In this document: piece by piece, positions 46,269-56,907 of the stretch
How positions within the stretch are numbered: the first letter of the stretch is position 1
Layout: every line of letters begins with the position of its first letter
DNA from: Candidatus Shapirobacteria bacterium GW2011_GWF2_37_20
GTDB taxonomy: Bacteria > Patescibacteriota > Microgenomatia > UBA12405
Direction of reading: 5' to 3'
NCBI GenBank assembly: GCA_000989305.1
Contig: LBTB01000008.1
Location: 1 to 57,828, forward strand
DNA length: 57,828 nucleotides
The notes under the pieces: generated by a model
Databases searched by the model: none
The model's input: the letters and a program-made list of their open reading frames with translations, nothing else
Told to the model about the DNA's origin: nothing
Made by a program: the position numbers and the translations under genes

Positions 46269-46855
46269 TTCCTACTATCTTAGAAAAAGATTTGACCCTA
46301 GCCGAAAACCGTTTTTCTCAAGTAAAAAATCTCTCTTCTTGGGTCCAAATTGATGTTACCGATAATGTCTTTGTTCCTGGAAAGAGTATTGAACTGGAAC
46401 TCTTTTCAAAGTTTGGTCAAACATATTCCACTCTCTTCGATATTCATCTTATGGTTAAAGAACCAATAAATTGGATAAAAAAGTGCCTCTTTATTGACGC
46501 CTCTCGAATTTATGGTCAAGTGGAAATGATGTCTGACCGGGAACTCTTTGTTACCGAAGCTAAAAACTCTGGTCTTGAAGTCGGTTTAGCTTTTAATATC
46601 GATACTCCGATTGACAATATTCCCTCAGAATGCGATTTAATTTTATTAATGGGTCGCCCGGCCGGCTTTGGTAATTACCCCCTTGATGAAAGAATTTATC
46701 AAAGGATAGTCGAAGCCAAAAAATTCGGAAAAAAAATTGCCCTGGATGGGGGAGTCACTCCAGATAACTTCCAAAAACTTAAAGACTCTGGTCTTGATAT
46801 CATTTATTTAGGTCAATATTTCTTAAATTTAATTAATGAAAAAAAAGATCTCTAA
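46259..46855 (+). CDS. rpe: ribulose-phosphate 3-epimerase-like protein
   Basis: IPTIL, IDVTDNVFVPG, DIHLMV, LLMGRPAGFG and LDGGV are colinear with Rpe motifs but divergent. Confidence 0.7.
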   Translation: MEIIPTILEKDLTLAENRFSQVKNLSSWVQIDVTDNVFVPGKSIELELFSKFGQTYSTLFDIHLMVKEPINWIKKCLFIDASRIYGQVEMMSDRELFVTEAKNSGLEVGLAFNIDTPIDNIPSECDLILLMGRPAGFGNYPLDERIYQRIVEAKKFGKKIALDGGVTPDNFQKLKDSGLDIIYLGQYFLNLINEKKDL

Positions 46856-47426
46856 ACGCCCCTTTCATGTAGCTTTTTTTGGTGACGGTACCGCTAAAAA
46901 GAAGGACTCATTTTTTGTTGATGCCTACGATACTGCCCAGCTTTTAGCTAAAAATAAATGTACCATCCTCAACGGGGGAGGCCCTGGTATTATGTTGGCC
47001 TCAACCTTGGGTGCCACCTCTGTTCACGGTCGGGTTGAGCTGGTTGTTATTGACAAAGAAAACCAACCCTTAAAGCATTATGAAGGTCAATCCGAGGAAA
47101 ATGTTTTGGCGGCCAATAGAACCTTTACCCTTAGAACCTATGAAGGCCGTCTTAATAAGTTAATTGATTTGGCTCATGCCTACGTTATTTTTTATGGTGG
47201 TACCGGTACTTTGGCAGAAATGTCTTTTGTTTGGAGCGAAGCCAAATTTGCCCATCCTCATCAGAAACCCATTATTTTCTTTGGCAAAAAGTGGCGTAAA
47301 GTTATTCAGACCATTAACTCTCAACTCAAATTGGAAAAAATTGAAACCAAACTCTGTTACTTTGTCGACAAACCTGAACAGGTCTTAGAGATTTTAAAAA
47401 CTTATTCTAGATTTTATTCCAAATAG
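46836..47426 (+). CDS. LOG-family (TIGR00730) Rossmann-fold nucleotide-binding protein
   Basis: GGGPGIM and GGTGTLAEM motifs. Confidence 0.75.
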   Translation: MKKKISKRPFHVAFFGDGTAKKKDSFFVDAYDTAQLLAKNKCTILNGGGPGIMLASTLGATSVHGRVELVVIDKENQPLKHYEGQSEENVLAANRTFTLRTYEGRLNKLIDLAHAYVIFYGGTGTLAEMSFVWSEAKFAHPHQKPIIFFGKKWRKVIQTINSQLKLEKIETKLCYFVDKPEQVLEILKTYSRFYSK

Positions 47427-48517
47427 TCCTGTAGTTTCTTTCTTCTACTTGGGTGACGCAATTTTCGTAAAGCCTTGGCTTCAATTTGTCGAATTCTTTC
47501 ACGGGTAACGTTAAATATTTTTCCCACTTCTTCCAAAGTTTTTGGAGTCTCTCCCATTAATCCGAACCTTAAAGACAGTACCTTGGCTTCTCTTTCGTCA
47601 AGACTCTCTAAAACTTCTTCAATTGACTCTCTTAATAATTCTTTTGAAGTTTCCTCATAAGGGCTGGGTTGAGTTGTGTCCTCAATAAAATCTCCCAAAA
47701 ATGAATCCTCATCATCTCCTACTGGGGTAGCCAATGAAGTTGTGTCTTGAGAAATTCTGTAAATTTCCTCAACTTTTTCCACGGTTATTCCAACTTCGGC
47801 GGCAATTTCTTCAATCTGTGGTTCTCTTCCCAATCTTTGGGTCAAAGCTCGGGTAGCTTTGTAGACCTTATTAATCGTTTCTACCATATGAACCGGAATC
47901 CGGATTGTTTTTGCTTGATCGGCAATAGCTCTGGTAATTGCTTGTCTTATCCACCAGGTGGCATAGGTTGAGAATTTAAATCCCCGTTTCCAATCAAATT
48001 TTTCCACTGCTCTCATTAAGCCCTGATTACCTTCTTGGACTAAATCTAAAAAGGTCAAACCCCGGCCGATATATTTTTTGGCAATTGACACTACCAGTCT
48101 CAGATTGGCGTTAATTAAATCAGCCCTGGCTTCGTTGGAACCTTTTTCAATCGCTTTTGCCAATTCCACCTCTTTTTCAAAATTAATCAAATCAATTTTT
48201 CCGATTTCTTTTAAATACATTCTCACCGAATCCATGCTGTTTTTTTGTGACAACAAGGCCAGTAAATCTGCACTGCTTAATTTTCCTTTTTCTGAATCAA
48301 TTATCTCCCTTGATTCCACCTTATCGAAAACATCAATACCCTTGTCAAACAAGTAGTCAAAGAGTTGATCAATCTGTTCAATATATTTTTCCGGTTCCGG
48401 GATTAAAGCCAAAATTTCATCATTGGTTAGATAACGAAGTTTTTTTGCTTGAGCAACTAATTTTGTTTTTATTAGAGATATATTTATTGTTGCTGCCATA
48501 GCTTTATATTCTATCAA
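47414..48517 (-). CDS. rpoD: RNA polymerase primary sigma factor
   Basis: [41 protein letters not shown], region 4 [20 protein letters not shown]. Immediately downstream of dnaG. Confidence 0.9.
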   Translation of the reverse strand: MIEYKAMAATINISLIKTKLVAQAKKLRYLTNDEILALIPEPEKYIEQIDQLFDYLFDKGIDVFDKVESREIIDSEKGKLSSADLLALLSQKNSMDSVRMYLKEIGKIDLINFEKEVELAKAIEKGSNEARADLINANLRLVVSIAKKYIGRGLTFLDLVQEGNQGLMRAVEKFDWKRGFKFSTYATWWIRQAITRAIADQAKTIRIPVHMVETINKVYKATRALTQRLGREPQIEEIAAEVGITVEKVEEIYRISQDTTSLATPVGDDEDSFLGDFIEDTTQPSPYEETSKELLRESIEEVLESLDEREAKVLSLRFGLMGETPKTLEEVGKIFNVTRERIRQIEAKALRKLRHPSRRKKLQDYLE

Positions 48518-48528
48518 AATTTTTCCTC

Positions 48529-50307
48529 TCAGGACCTAGCTCTTTGCAATATTGCCAACTTGGTCAATATTTGAGCGTACTGGGCCTCTACTTTGGCGAT
48601 TTTGTCTTCGTCTTCTGAGGCTTCGAGATTAGCAATTATACCACTTAATACTTTTAGCCTGTCTTTTAACTCTAATTCCTCAATTTGTCTAAGTATTTTA
48701 CCCCTTTCTTTCTTTCTTTCCTCGCTCGTGTTTTGTTCCTCAAAAGCCTTTAAATATAGATTATTAAAAGTTTCTATTAACTCTGCTTCTAATTTTCTCA
48801 CCACCCTATCAGCCTCAAATTTTTTAAGCTTTTTTATTACTTCCCCGATTTTTTTAAATCTTAAGGTTCGCCATTCCAATTTTTTAATGGCTAATTTTGG
48901 TTTTCTCATTCTCAAAATTAGAGTCATCAATCTTTCCTCAAGTCTTTCTCTCATATCGCCCCGTTCAATTTCTTCCTTACCCTCCTTTTTAATCGGTATA
49001 ATTCCGTTTTCTGCTTTCAGATATTTTTTAAATTCTTCCACTACGCTGTCTTCATCAGAATTTATTGCCAAAGCTACTTTTCTCAAATAATCAGACCTGA
49101 TTACTAGATTATTTATTTTTGCCAAAAACGGCAGAATAGTTACCAGTACTAATTTTTTACCTCTGGGACTTTCTACTCCATAATTTTTAACACTCGACTT
49201 TAAAATAAAATCCCAAATAGTATCTGCTTCTTTTAATTTTTTCTTAAAAAATTTCAAATCGCTCTTAATTGCTTCATCCGGATCCTTATATTTTCCTTCT
49301 AAATCGAGCACTCTTATCTCAAAATCCATTTTATCAGCTAGTTCTATACTCCTAATTGATGCCTTATTTCCGGCAAAATCAGAATCTAGTCCCAAAATTA
49401 AAGTATCAGCATATCTTCTGATTAACTGTAGTTGTTCCTCCGTCAACGCCGTCCCCTTAATCGCCACCACGTTTTCTATCCCTGCCTGAAAGGGACTAAT
49501 CATGTCCAATTCTCCCTCAACGATTATGGCTAAATTTTCCTTTTTTATTCTTTCTTTGGCCAAGTTTAAACCAAAAAACATTTGACTTTTATGGTAAACC
49601 TCGGTTTCCGGAGAGTTGATATATTTAGCTAAATTGGCATTAGTATTACCAGGCAATATTCTTCCCGAGAATCCTACTACTCTATCTCTAAAATCAATTT
49701 GGGGAAAAATTAGCCTATCTTGAAAACGGTCATAAGTCTGACCTTGTCGGTATTGGCTTTTACCAAAAGAACCATTTTTCATCAGGTCTTCTAACAGAAA
49801 CCCTTTTTTAAGTAAATAATTGATGATTAGGCGACTGTCTTTGGGAGCATATCCCATTAAAAACTTATTAATAATTTCCAGGCTTATCCCTCTTTTTTCT
49901 ACGTAAGCCAAAGCTTCTTTTCCCAGCTCGTGACTTTTAAGGATAAAATTATAAAATTTTGCCGCTTCTTTATTTATTTCAAACAATTTCTTTTTGATCG
50001 ATTCTTCTTTGTTTAATTTACCGCTTCGGATTAGTTTAATTCCTGCTATTTTTGCCAAGTCTTCCAGTGCGTCCTTAAAATCAATTCTGTTGTATTCTTC
50101 CATAAAACTAAACACATCTCCTGCCTTGCCACAACCAAAACATTTATATATTTGCAATTCCTGGGAAACAATAAAAGAAGGAGTTTTTTCCTGGTGAAAA
50201 GGACAACAGGCCACAAAATGTCTTCCCCTTTTTTTTAATGGTACAAATTTATTAATTACCTCCACAATATCCAGTTTCTTTTTTATTTCTTCAACCTGAT
50301 TCTCCAC
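48529..50307 (-). CDS. dnaG: DNA primase
   Basis: Zinc finger [16 protein letters not shown] and TOPRIM segment IVEGELDM...DSD.AG. Confidence 0.9.
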   Translation of the reverse strand: MENQVEEIKKKLDIVEVINKFVPLKKRGRHFVACCPFHQEKTPSFIVSQELQIYKCFGCGKAGDVFSFMEEYNRIDFKDALEDLAKIAGIKLIRSGKLNKEESIKKKLFEINKEAAKFYNFILKSHELGKEALAYVEKRGISLEIINKFLMGYAPKDSRLIINYLLKKGFLLEDLMKNGSFGKSQYRQGQTYDRFQDRLIFPQIDFRDRVVGFSGRILPGNTNANLAKYINSPETEVYHKSQMFFGLNLAKERIKKENLAIIVEGELDMISPFQAGIENVVAIKGTALTEEQLQLIRRYADTLILGLDSDFAGNKASIRSIELADKMDFEIRVLDLEGKYKDPDEAIKSDLKFFKKKLKEADTIWDFILKSSVKNYGVESPRGKKLVLVTILPFLAKINNLVIRSDYLRKVALAINSDEDSVVEEFKKYLKAENGIIPIKKEGKEEIERGDMRERLEERLMTLILRMRKPKLAIKKLEWRTLRFKKIGEVIKKLKKFEADRVVRKLEAELIETFNNLYLKAFEEQNTSEERKKERGKILRQIEELELKDRLKVLSGIIANLEASEDEDKIAKVEAQYAQILTKLAILQRARS

Positions 50308-50324
50308 TAGCCTTATTCTATCAT

Positions 50325-50804
50325 CTATTCATTAATCCCAAATTCCTCTAACACCTTTTGAATTTTTTCAAAATATCCCGGGAACACTAGATATTTTTTC
50401 AAGTCCTTAACTTCCACCCATTTATATTCTCTGAACTCATCTTTCTCGGCTTTTATTTCGGCTTTTTCTCCCAAATATTTTACTAGAAATCTTACTCTTT
50501 CTTGACCTAAATAAGTTTTTCCGTGTTTTGTAAATCTATCCATAATTACATCTTCCGGCCAATTATATTTATCCAGCTCCCTGCTAACATTTTTAATCAC
50601 AAATTTTTCACTTCCCAATTCTTCCTTAAGTTCTCTTAAAATTGTTTCCTCAGCTTTTTCTCCCTCATCAATTCCACCACCCGGAAAATCCCACTCATTA
50701 GGCTTAAAACTATGTTTTTGAACAATTAAAATTTCATCATCCTTGTTCAAAACTAGTGCCACCGTACTCTTTCGGTAAGTTAATTTATTAAAATCAATTT
50801 TCAT
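50325..50804 (-). CDS. NUDIX hydrolase
   Basis: Nudix box GGGIDEGEKAEETILRELKEELG. Confidence 0.85.
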   Translation of the reverse strand: MKIDFNKLTYRKSTVALVLNKDDEILIVQKHSFKPNEWDFPGGGIDEGEKAEETILRELKEELGSEKFVIKNVSRELDKYNWPEDVIMDRFTKHGKTYLGQERVRFLVKYLGEKAEIKAEKDEFREYKWVEVKDLKKYLVFPGYFEKIQKVLEEFGINE

Positions 50805-50806
50805 TT

Positions 50807-51877
50807 TTAGTGATCTCGGTTTGTCAAAAATTCTGGCAAGTATTCCAAATAACTTCTTGCAGGACTCTCTTTTAAAAATCCTAATTCTTTTTTAAAATAA
50901 TCCGAAGCTTCTACAGCAAATTTATTCATCAATTTATCAGCATAATCTAAACTACCGTATTCTCTCATTTTTTCTATGACCCAATCGACCTCAGCACAAC
51001 CTTTCTCTTGTCTGGTTTTTGTCATTATCTTTTCTAGTTTTTCCTTATCGTTTCCCTTAATTGTTCGCATTAGATGGGCCAGCATAATCGTTCTTTTCCC
51101 TTCATAAATATCATTTCCACATTGTTTTTTCTGTCCGCAAAAATCTGAAGTTAGGTCCAAAAGGTCGTCTTTTATCTGAAAACAATAACCGGTCAATTTT
51201 CCAAATTCATAAATTTTATCCAGTTCTTCAGTAGTAGCTCCGGCGATGATGGCACCTTCTCTCATTGGTCCGGCTACTGTGTAATATCCGGTTTTACTTT
51301 CTAAGACTAATAAAATGTCATCGTCAGTTAAATCCTTTTTATTTTCTTGTGCCCACTTTATCTCAATAGTTTGTCCCAAAACAGTTCGATTTAACATTTT
51401 GCAAAATTCTTCCATGATTGCAAAGGTTTTTTTATCGCCAATTATTTTCCTATTATCCTGTAGCATCTGCCACATTAATATATGCAAGGCATCGCCGGCG
51501 TTAATGGCCAATTCTTCGCCATACATTTTATGAAGGGTTGCTTCACCTCTTCTCTGTGCCGAATCATCTTCAATATCATCATGAATCAAAATCCATTCCT
51601 CAGACAATTGTTGGGCGGCCGCTGCGTTCAACAGTGACTCTCTTGGTGCCCCCATCGCTTCACCGGTAAGCATTACCATGCAGGGTCTAAAATATTTGCC
51701 CTTTCTTTTGGGGTAAGTCTCATATATTTTCTGATGATAATCTACCAAGCATTGATATTTTTCTTTGGGTTGACACACTTTTTCAAAATCAACAATCTTT
51801 TCCAAATTCTTTTCAATTATCGGCCAGATAATTTCGCGGTATTCCCTAAGTAAATTAACAAAATCTTTGTGTTCCAT
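50807..51877 (-). CDS. polyprenyl diphosphate synthase (trans-IPPS, GGPP/FPP synthase-like)
   Basis: First Asp-rich motif IHDDIEDDS and second motif FQIKDDLLD. Confidence 0.85.
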   Translation of the reverse strand: MEHKDFVNLLREYREIIWPIIEKNLEKIVDFEKVCQPKEKYQCLVDYHQKIYETYPKRKGKYFRPCMVMLTGEAMGAPRESLLNAAAAQQLSEEWILIHDDIEDDSAQRRGEATLHKMYGEELAINAGDALHILMWQMLQDNRKIIGDKKTFAIMEEFCKMLNRTVLGQTIEIKWAQENKKDLTDDDILLVLESKTGYYTVAGPMREGAIIAGATTEELDKIYEFGKLTGYCFQIKDDLLDLTSDFCGQKKQCGNDIYEGKRTIMLAHLMRTIKGNDKEKLEKIMTKTRQEKGCAEVDWVIEKMREYGSLDYADKLMNKFAVEASDYFKKELGFLKESPARSYLEYLPEFLTNRDH

Positions 51878-51883
51878 ATTCCT

Positions 51884-52975
51884 TTAGTCGCTGTTAGTTG
51901 TCAAAATCTCCTTTTTCTTTGCTTGAGCTCCCGCCCTAATCAATATTTTGTCAAAAGTATATGGTGACAATATATACAGCACTTCAAAGGTAGCTACCGA
52001 TAATTCAAAGGCACAGGGGATTTGATTGGTGATGAAAAATGCTCCAGCTCCCAAAATTAAAGCGTTTCGAAAACCTCCTTTCATTTTCCCTCTAAAGACC
52101 TTATTTATTGTTTCATTCTCCACGCCCCTTTTCCTGGCAATCTCTGCATCAATTCTATGTCTGGTATAACTGGCGTGCATGACTGTTAAAAATGTACCAA
52201 TGGCAGTTATTAAATTCATGGTCGTGTTTTGTCGCGTCAAATCAGCTACCAGGACCCAACCCTCAAAACTCACCGGAAAATTTCTTAGAAGAATTATTGA
52301 AAGTATTAAAATTGTCCCACTAAATCCACCACTTTGGACCATTAATTTATTGTAATTAATTCTAGCCCCAAGTAATTTTTTATTATTAGTTAAAAATATT
52401 CTAAAAATTCTCCATAAAAGTTTTATTGCCGCAAAAAACAAAGAAATTCCCAACCATATAAATAAAATTGTTTTCCAGTCTACACTAACTGTTTCAGTAA
52501 TCTTAAAAAATGGAAAGTTAAAATTTGTTCCCACCAGAGGATAATCTGGTCTTGGTACCCACCCATACAGATATGTTGGACTTATTTTTTGGGTATAAAA
52601 ATCTATTAAAAATATTCTTCCGGCTGACAAAAAGGCGATAGCGTTGACCACAAAACTAAAAATATAAAAAATAATTCCCAAATCACCCTTTCTCACTTTT
52701 TCCGTAAATACCAAATAAGCCTCATCGCTGCTACTTTTTTCTATTCCTTCTTCGAAATCCTTAAAAGATTGTGACAATCTCATCCCAATAAAACGTAGTG
52801 GTAAAAATACAATGTTTTGCGTTACTCCGATTAACAACACTGAAACCCAAACTTGTCCCGTCAAATAATATAGACTAAAAAATGCACTAGCATAAAGTCG
52901 AAAACTTCCGCCCCTAAAAAACCAAATCAAAACCCAAATTAAAAAAATTACCAGTAAGGTTGTTGCCAGAGGCAT
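51884..52975 (-). CDS. polytopic membrane protein (YidC/Oxa1-like or VirB6-like; unresolved)
   Basis: At least 6 TM helices. FLPLRFIGMRLSQSFKDFEEG loosely recalls the YidC TM1-loop region. Start taken at MPLATTLL (52975), because the track extension is antisense to the divergent ORF. Confidence 0.4.
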   Translation of the reverse strand: MPLATTLLVIFLIWVLIWFFRGGSFRLYASAFFSLYYLTGQVWVSVLLIGVTQNIVFLPLRFIGMRLSQSFKDFEEGIEKSSSDEAYLVFTEKVRKGDLGIIFYIFSFVVNAIAFLSAGRIFLIDFYTQKISPTYLYGWVPRPDYPLVGTNFNFPFFKITETVSVDWKTILFIWLGISLFFAAIKLLWRIFRIFLTNNKKLLGARINYNKLMVQSGGFSGTILILSIILLRNFPVSFEGWVLVADLTRQNTTMNLITAIGTFLTVMHASYTRHRIDAEIARKRGVENETINKVFRGKMKGGFRNALILGAGAFFITNQIPCAFELSVATFEVLYILSPYTFDKILIRAGAQAKKKEILTTNSD

Positions 52976-53065
52976 CAATAATCTACTATTATCTATCTTT
53001 CTAATATCTTTGAATGTTGAAGTCACGCTGTTGGAATTATAGCAACTTTGACCTATACTTTTATA

Positions 53066-53437
53066 ATGCCTGAAACCAAGGAAAGAAACAAGGAAATTTC
53101 TCGTGACCAAATTGAAGCCAAAACTATCTTGGTTGATATTGGCCGGGAAAACATTGGCAAAGAACCTGTTCCCCGTGAGATAAAAACCTGGATGGAAAAA
53201 GTTGAGCAGGCTTCGTCTTCCCAGCCTCAACAGGTAAATGACGACACCGGTCAGCCACTGTTGACCCCATTTAACCCCCAAGACCCCAAAATTGTGCTTC
53301 CTGTTACCCGAAAAACTTTTGTTGCTGGTTTCAAAAAAACTTGGTTGGATGCCAGTCGTTGGCTTTCTGTCTTTTTATTTCGATTTATTAAAATAAAGAA
53401 AGGTAATGTCACTTTCAAATCCGATGATAACATCTAA
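53066..53437 (+). CDS. small conserved-looking hypothetical protein with C-terminal hydrophobic helix
   Basis: Start taken at MPETKERNK. Charged N-terminal half and WLSVFLFRFI near the end. Overlaps the ATPase gene by 32 nt, which suggests co-translation. Confidence 0.4.
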   Translation: MPETKERNKEISRDQIEAKTILVDIGRENIGKEPVPREIKTWMEKVEQASSSQPQQVNDDTGQPLLTPFNPQDPKIVLPVTRKTFVAGFKKTWLDASRWLSVFLFRFIKIKKGNVTFKSDDNI

Positions 53438-55757
53438 TATTTTCGAAACTTTGACATCGTGGTTCCTTTCGCTCTTAATTTTGTTGGCTGTTTTTTCCCT
53501 CCTCTATTTTTTGGCCTATGCCCTGATTATCTGGTATCGTTGGCGTGATCGTGAAAAAAAATCCTTAGAATTAGTTACTCTGCTAGTAGCTGTTCCTCAG
53601 GATAATGAAGTTAAAATCGATGCCATGGAGCCAATTCTTGGCGCCATCGGTAGCTTCTATAAATCAGCCCGTTTCAAATTTCTCCAAACACTTATTTCTC
53701 AGCCAAGTCTTTCTCTGGAAATTATCGGCAACAATCAAGACATTCGTTTTTATATTTGTTTACCCGAAAAATATCGAGACTTGATTGAAAAACAGATCTA
53801 TAGTGTTTATGCCGGCGCCGATATTCAGGCTGTTGATGAGCCCAATATTTTCTCCGAAACCGGAAAAGTAGAGTCAGTTTGGCTTGGGTTAAAAAAACTT
53901 TCTTTTTACCCCCTAAAAACTTACAAAGAAATTCCCACCGACACTCTTTCCGCTTTTACCTCAGTCCTCTCAAAACTTAGTCCCGAAGAAACCGTCGCCA
54001 TTCAATTAGTCCTCTCACCAACGGACACGGCCTGGGCCAAGTCGGGTAAGAGTTTTATTAGCGGCACTAAAAAATCAGAATCTAATCCTGAAAAGGCAAA
54101 TTATAAAGTCGATGCCCGGCAATTAGAAGCCGTTGAGAGCAAGTGTAATAAAACTGGATTTGAAGTTGCTATCCGTATTGTTGCTGTGGCTCCCAGTAAA
54201 GAAGTCGCCAAAATAAATCTTTCTAATGTTAAAGCCTGTTTTGGTCAACTGGAATCTCCCTGGAACAAATTATCAACCCGAAAAACCTATCTCAAAGCCC
54301 AATTTATTGATGATTTTGTATACAAATACCCGGTTATTTTTTGGTATAAAAATAAAACTATTCTATCAACCGACGAAATTGCCTCAATTTTTCATTTTCC
54401 CAATAAATCGGTTGAAACCCCAAACATATTTTGGATAAAGTCAAAAAAAGCTCCTGTTCCCCCTGATGCTCCCCAGGAGGGGATGTATATTGGTGACAAT
54501 TTATATCGCGGTGTTACCAAAAAATTCTGCATTACTCCTACTGATCGTCAGCGTCACTTCTATATTGTCGGACAAACCGGTGTAGGTAAATCCTGGCTCT
54601 TGGCTGACATGGCCCTTCAGGACATCAAAGCCGGTCGTGGTGTCTGTTTCATTGACCCTCATGATACCTACGAGAGTATTCTCGAAAGAATTCCTCCTGA
54701 GCGGATAGAAGACGTTATCTATTTTGATCCCTCTCAAACTGAACGCCCCATGGGTTTCAATGTTATGGAATGTGATCGTGAAGATCAAAAAGATTTTGTT
54801 ACCTCCTCCATCATTAATTTGATGTACAAACTTTACGATCCTTATAAAACTGGTATTGTTGGTCCACGTTTCGAACATGCTATCCGTAACATCATGATGA
54901 CCGTCATGACCGAAAAGGGTGCCACTTTTATTGAAATCGTCCGCTGTCTGACCGATCCTTCCTATGTTCAGTATCTAATGCCAAAACTTACCGATCCTAT
55001 GGTTAAACGATATTGGACTGATCAGATTGCCAACACCAACGATTTCCATAAGTCAGAAGTCCTGGATTACATTGTTTCTAAATTTGGACGTTTCATCACC
55101 AATACAATGATGAGAAATATTATTGGCCAGGGTGTTTCTTCATTTAATTTTCGGGAAGCCATGGACAACGGTAAAATTCTCATCATTAATTTAGCCAAGG
55201 GTTCAATTGGTGAGGAAAATTCTGCCTTTTTGGGTTTGGTTTTAATTCCAAAAATTTTAATCGCTGCCATGAGCCGTCAGGATATCCCCGAAGAAAAACG
55301 TCGCGACTTTTATCTCTATGTTGACGAATTTCAAAATTTTGCCACTCAGGACTTTGCTGTTATTTTGTCCGAAGCTCGTAAATATCATTTGAATCTGACT
55401 GTTGCTAATCAGTTTGTCTCCCAGATGGACGATGAAGTAAAAAATGCTGTTTTCGGTAACGTCGGCTCAATCTGTTCCTTCCGTGTCGGTATCTCCGATG
55501 CTGGTTTTTTGGTTAATCAATTTAGGCCGGAATTTAATGAACACGATCTTTTAAATCTTGGTACCGGTGAAGTATATTTGAAAACCATGATCGAAGGTGT
55601 TCCCAAGTCACCCTTCTCTCTTAAAGTCGCCGCCGCTGAAAAGAAAAAACCTGGTAATCCTGAAATGGCCGAGATGATCAAAAAATTATCTAGCTTAAAA
55701 TACGGTCGTCCCAAAGCCATTGTTGAAGCCGAAATTGCCAAACGCGCCAGATTATAG
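53406..55757 (+). CDS. membrane-anchored FtsK/HerA-superfamily ATPase, TraD/VirD4 (T4SS coupling protein)-like
   Basis: N-terminal TM hairpin, an unassigned domain of about 330 aa, then Walker A HFYIVGQTGVGKSWLL and Walker B FYLYVDEFQNFAT. Confidence 0.7.
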   Translation: MSLSNPMITSNIFETLTSWFLSLLILLAVFSLLYFLAYALIIWYRWRDREKKSLELVTLLVAVPQDNEVKIDAMEPILGAIGSFYKSARFKFLQTLISQPSLSLEIIGNNQDIRFYICLPEKYRDLIEKQIYSVYAGADIQAVDEPNIFSETGKVESVWLGLKKLSFYPLKTYKEIPTDTLSAFTSVLSKLSPEETVAIQLVLSPTDTAWAKSGKSFISGTKKSESNPEKANYKVDARQLEAVESKCNKTGFEVAIRIVAVAPSKEVAKINLSNVKACFGQLESPWNKLSTRKTYLKAQFIDDFVYKYPVIFWYKNKTILSTDEIASIFHFPNKSVETPNIFWIKSKKAPVPPDAPQEGMYIGDNLYRGVTKKFCITPTDRQRHFYIVGQTGVGKSWLLADMALQDIKAGRGVCFIDPHDTYESILERIPPERIEDVIYFDPSQTERPMGFNVMECDREDQKDFVTSSIINLMYKLYDPYKTGIVGPRFEHAIRNIMMTVMTEKGATFIEIVRCLTDPSYVQYLMPKLTDPMVKRYWTDQIANTNDFHKSEVLDYIVSKFGRFITNTMMRNIIGQGVSSFNFREAMDNGKILIINLAKGSIGEENSAFLGLVLIPKILIAAMSRQDIPEEKRRDFYLYVDEFQNFATQDFAVILSEARKYHLNLTVANQFVSQMDDEVKNAVFGNVGSICSFRVGISDAGFLVNQFRPEFNEHDLLNLGTGEVYLKTMIEGVPKSPFSLKVAAAEKKKPGNPEMAEMIKKLSSLKYGRPKAIVEAEIAKRARL

Positions 55758-56621
55758 TTCTTTTAGTTTGATTCCTCTTGATTCTTCTTTCGAGTCGATC
55801 AATTCCAAATATTTTTCAGTTGTGGAAATTCTTTTGTGGCCAACCACTTGAGACACCACGTCTAAAGGTACCCCGGCTTTAAGCTGGAATACGATAAAAG
55901 TATTTCTCAAATCATTTACCTTAATTCCCTTAATATCAGCTTTATTAAAATATCTGTTCAAAAGGCTTCTGATGTTTCTGGCCAATAAAACCCGACCGGT
56001 TTTAGTTATAAAAACATTTTTATTTTTGCTGTTATCAGCCCGAACTTCGTCTAAATATCTCTTTAGTGCCACTTTGGCTGAGTTATTTAAAGGCACCTCT
56101 CTTGAGGGGTGGCTTTCGTAGCTCTCAATTAAAATCCCGTTTTCTTTAACGTCTTCTACTTTTAAATTTTCGATTTCCTTGATTCTCAATCCAGCCTGAA
56201 GCATTAATTCCACAATAGCTGAAGCCCGAATATCATTTCTACAGGCATCACGAAGGGATCGATATTCAATTGGTTTTAGAATCTTGGGAATATCATTTTC
56301 ATACTTGGGATGTTTGACATCACCGGAGGGATCGATGGTTATTTTTCCTTCGTCTTTCAAAAAAGAAAAAAAGTTTTTAATCGAATTTAATTTTCTGGAA
56401 ACTGATTTGGCAGTATAGCCATTTTCGGTTAAATCCTTTTTAAACTCTTCAACTTCCTTTATTGTGACCAATTCGACCTCGGTAATTTGTTTTTTTGCCA
56501 AAAAAATTGCCAACTGATTAATATCGCCTTTGTAGGCTACAATAGTATTAATCGACTTGCCCTTCTTTTTGAGGGTGTCTGTAAACAAGTTTAAAGCATC
56601 ATTTAAAGCTAAATTAGACAT
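55752..56621 (-). CDS. tyrosine recombinase, XerC/XerD-like
   Basis: N-terminal SAM-like core-binding domain (TIVAYKGDINQLAIFL) and C-terminal catalytic LRIKE ... GHKRISTTEKYL (R..HxxR..Y). ATG at 56621 preferred over the TTG at 56672. Confidence 0.85.
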   Translation of the reverse strand: MSNLALNDALNLFTDTLKKKGKSINTIVAYKGDINQLAIFLAKKQITEVELVTIKEVEEFKKDLTENGYTAKSVSRKLNSIKNFFSFLKDEGKITIDPSGDVKHPKYENDIPKILKPIEYRSLRDACRNDIRASAIVELMLQAGLRIKEIENLKVEDVKENGILIESYESHPSREVPLNNSAKVALKRYLDEVRADNSKNKNVFITKTGRVLLARNIRSLLNRYFNKADIKGIKVNDLRNTFIVFQLKAGVPLDVVSQVVGHKRISTTEKYLELIDSKEESRGIKLKEL

Positions 56622-56675
56622 AATTTTTTTATAAATATGTCTTATAGTACCATATATTAGGTCATTAAACAAGCA

Positions 56676-56855
56676 ATGTTAAAAAAACACTTATATCGGC
56701 TAATTTTCATCATTATCATTGTTTCGTCTATTCTTGGTATCTATAAACAACTTAGCTTACTGACAAACGCTTCACAGCAGATTTATGATTTAGGTCAAAA
56801 AATTTCCGCCGTGGTAAATAGAAACAACGCCTTAAAGAAATCCCTAAACCCTTAA
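56676..56855 (+). CDS. unlisted 59-aa ORF: N-terminal TM helix plus short coiled segment (FtsB/DivIC-like shape)
   Basis: MLKKHLYRLIFIIIIVSSILGIYKQLSLLTNASQQIYDLGQKISAVVNRNNALKKSLNP. It is not in the supplied ORF track, whose shortest entries are 60 aa. Confidence 0.3.
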   Translation: MLKKHLYRLIFIIIIVSSILGIYKQLSLLTNASQQIYDLGQKISAVVNRNNALKKSLNP

Positions 56856-56858
56856 ACA

Positions 56859-56887
56859 TTTACTCACCTTATTTCTTGTGCTAGAAT
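56859..56887 (+). promoter_or_regulatory. promoter for first tRNA(CAU)
   Basis: TTTACT, a 17-nt spacer, then TGcTAGAAT (extended -10), about 20 nt upstream of the tRNA. Confidence 0.4.
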
Positions 56888-56907
56888 CCAACAGCTTAAA
56901 AACAACA

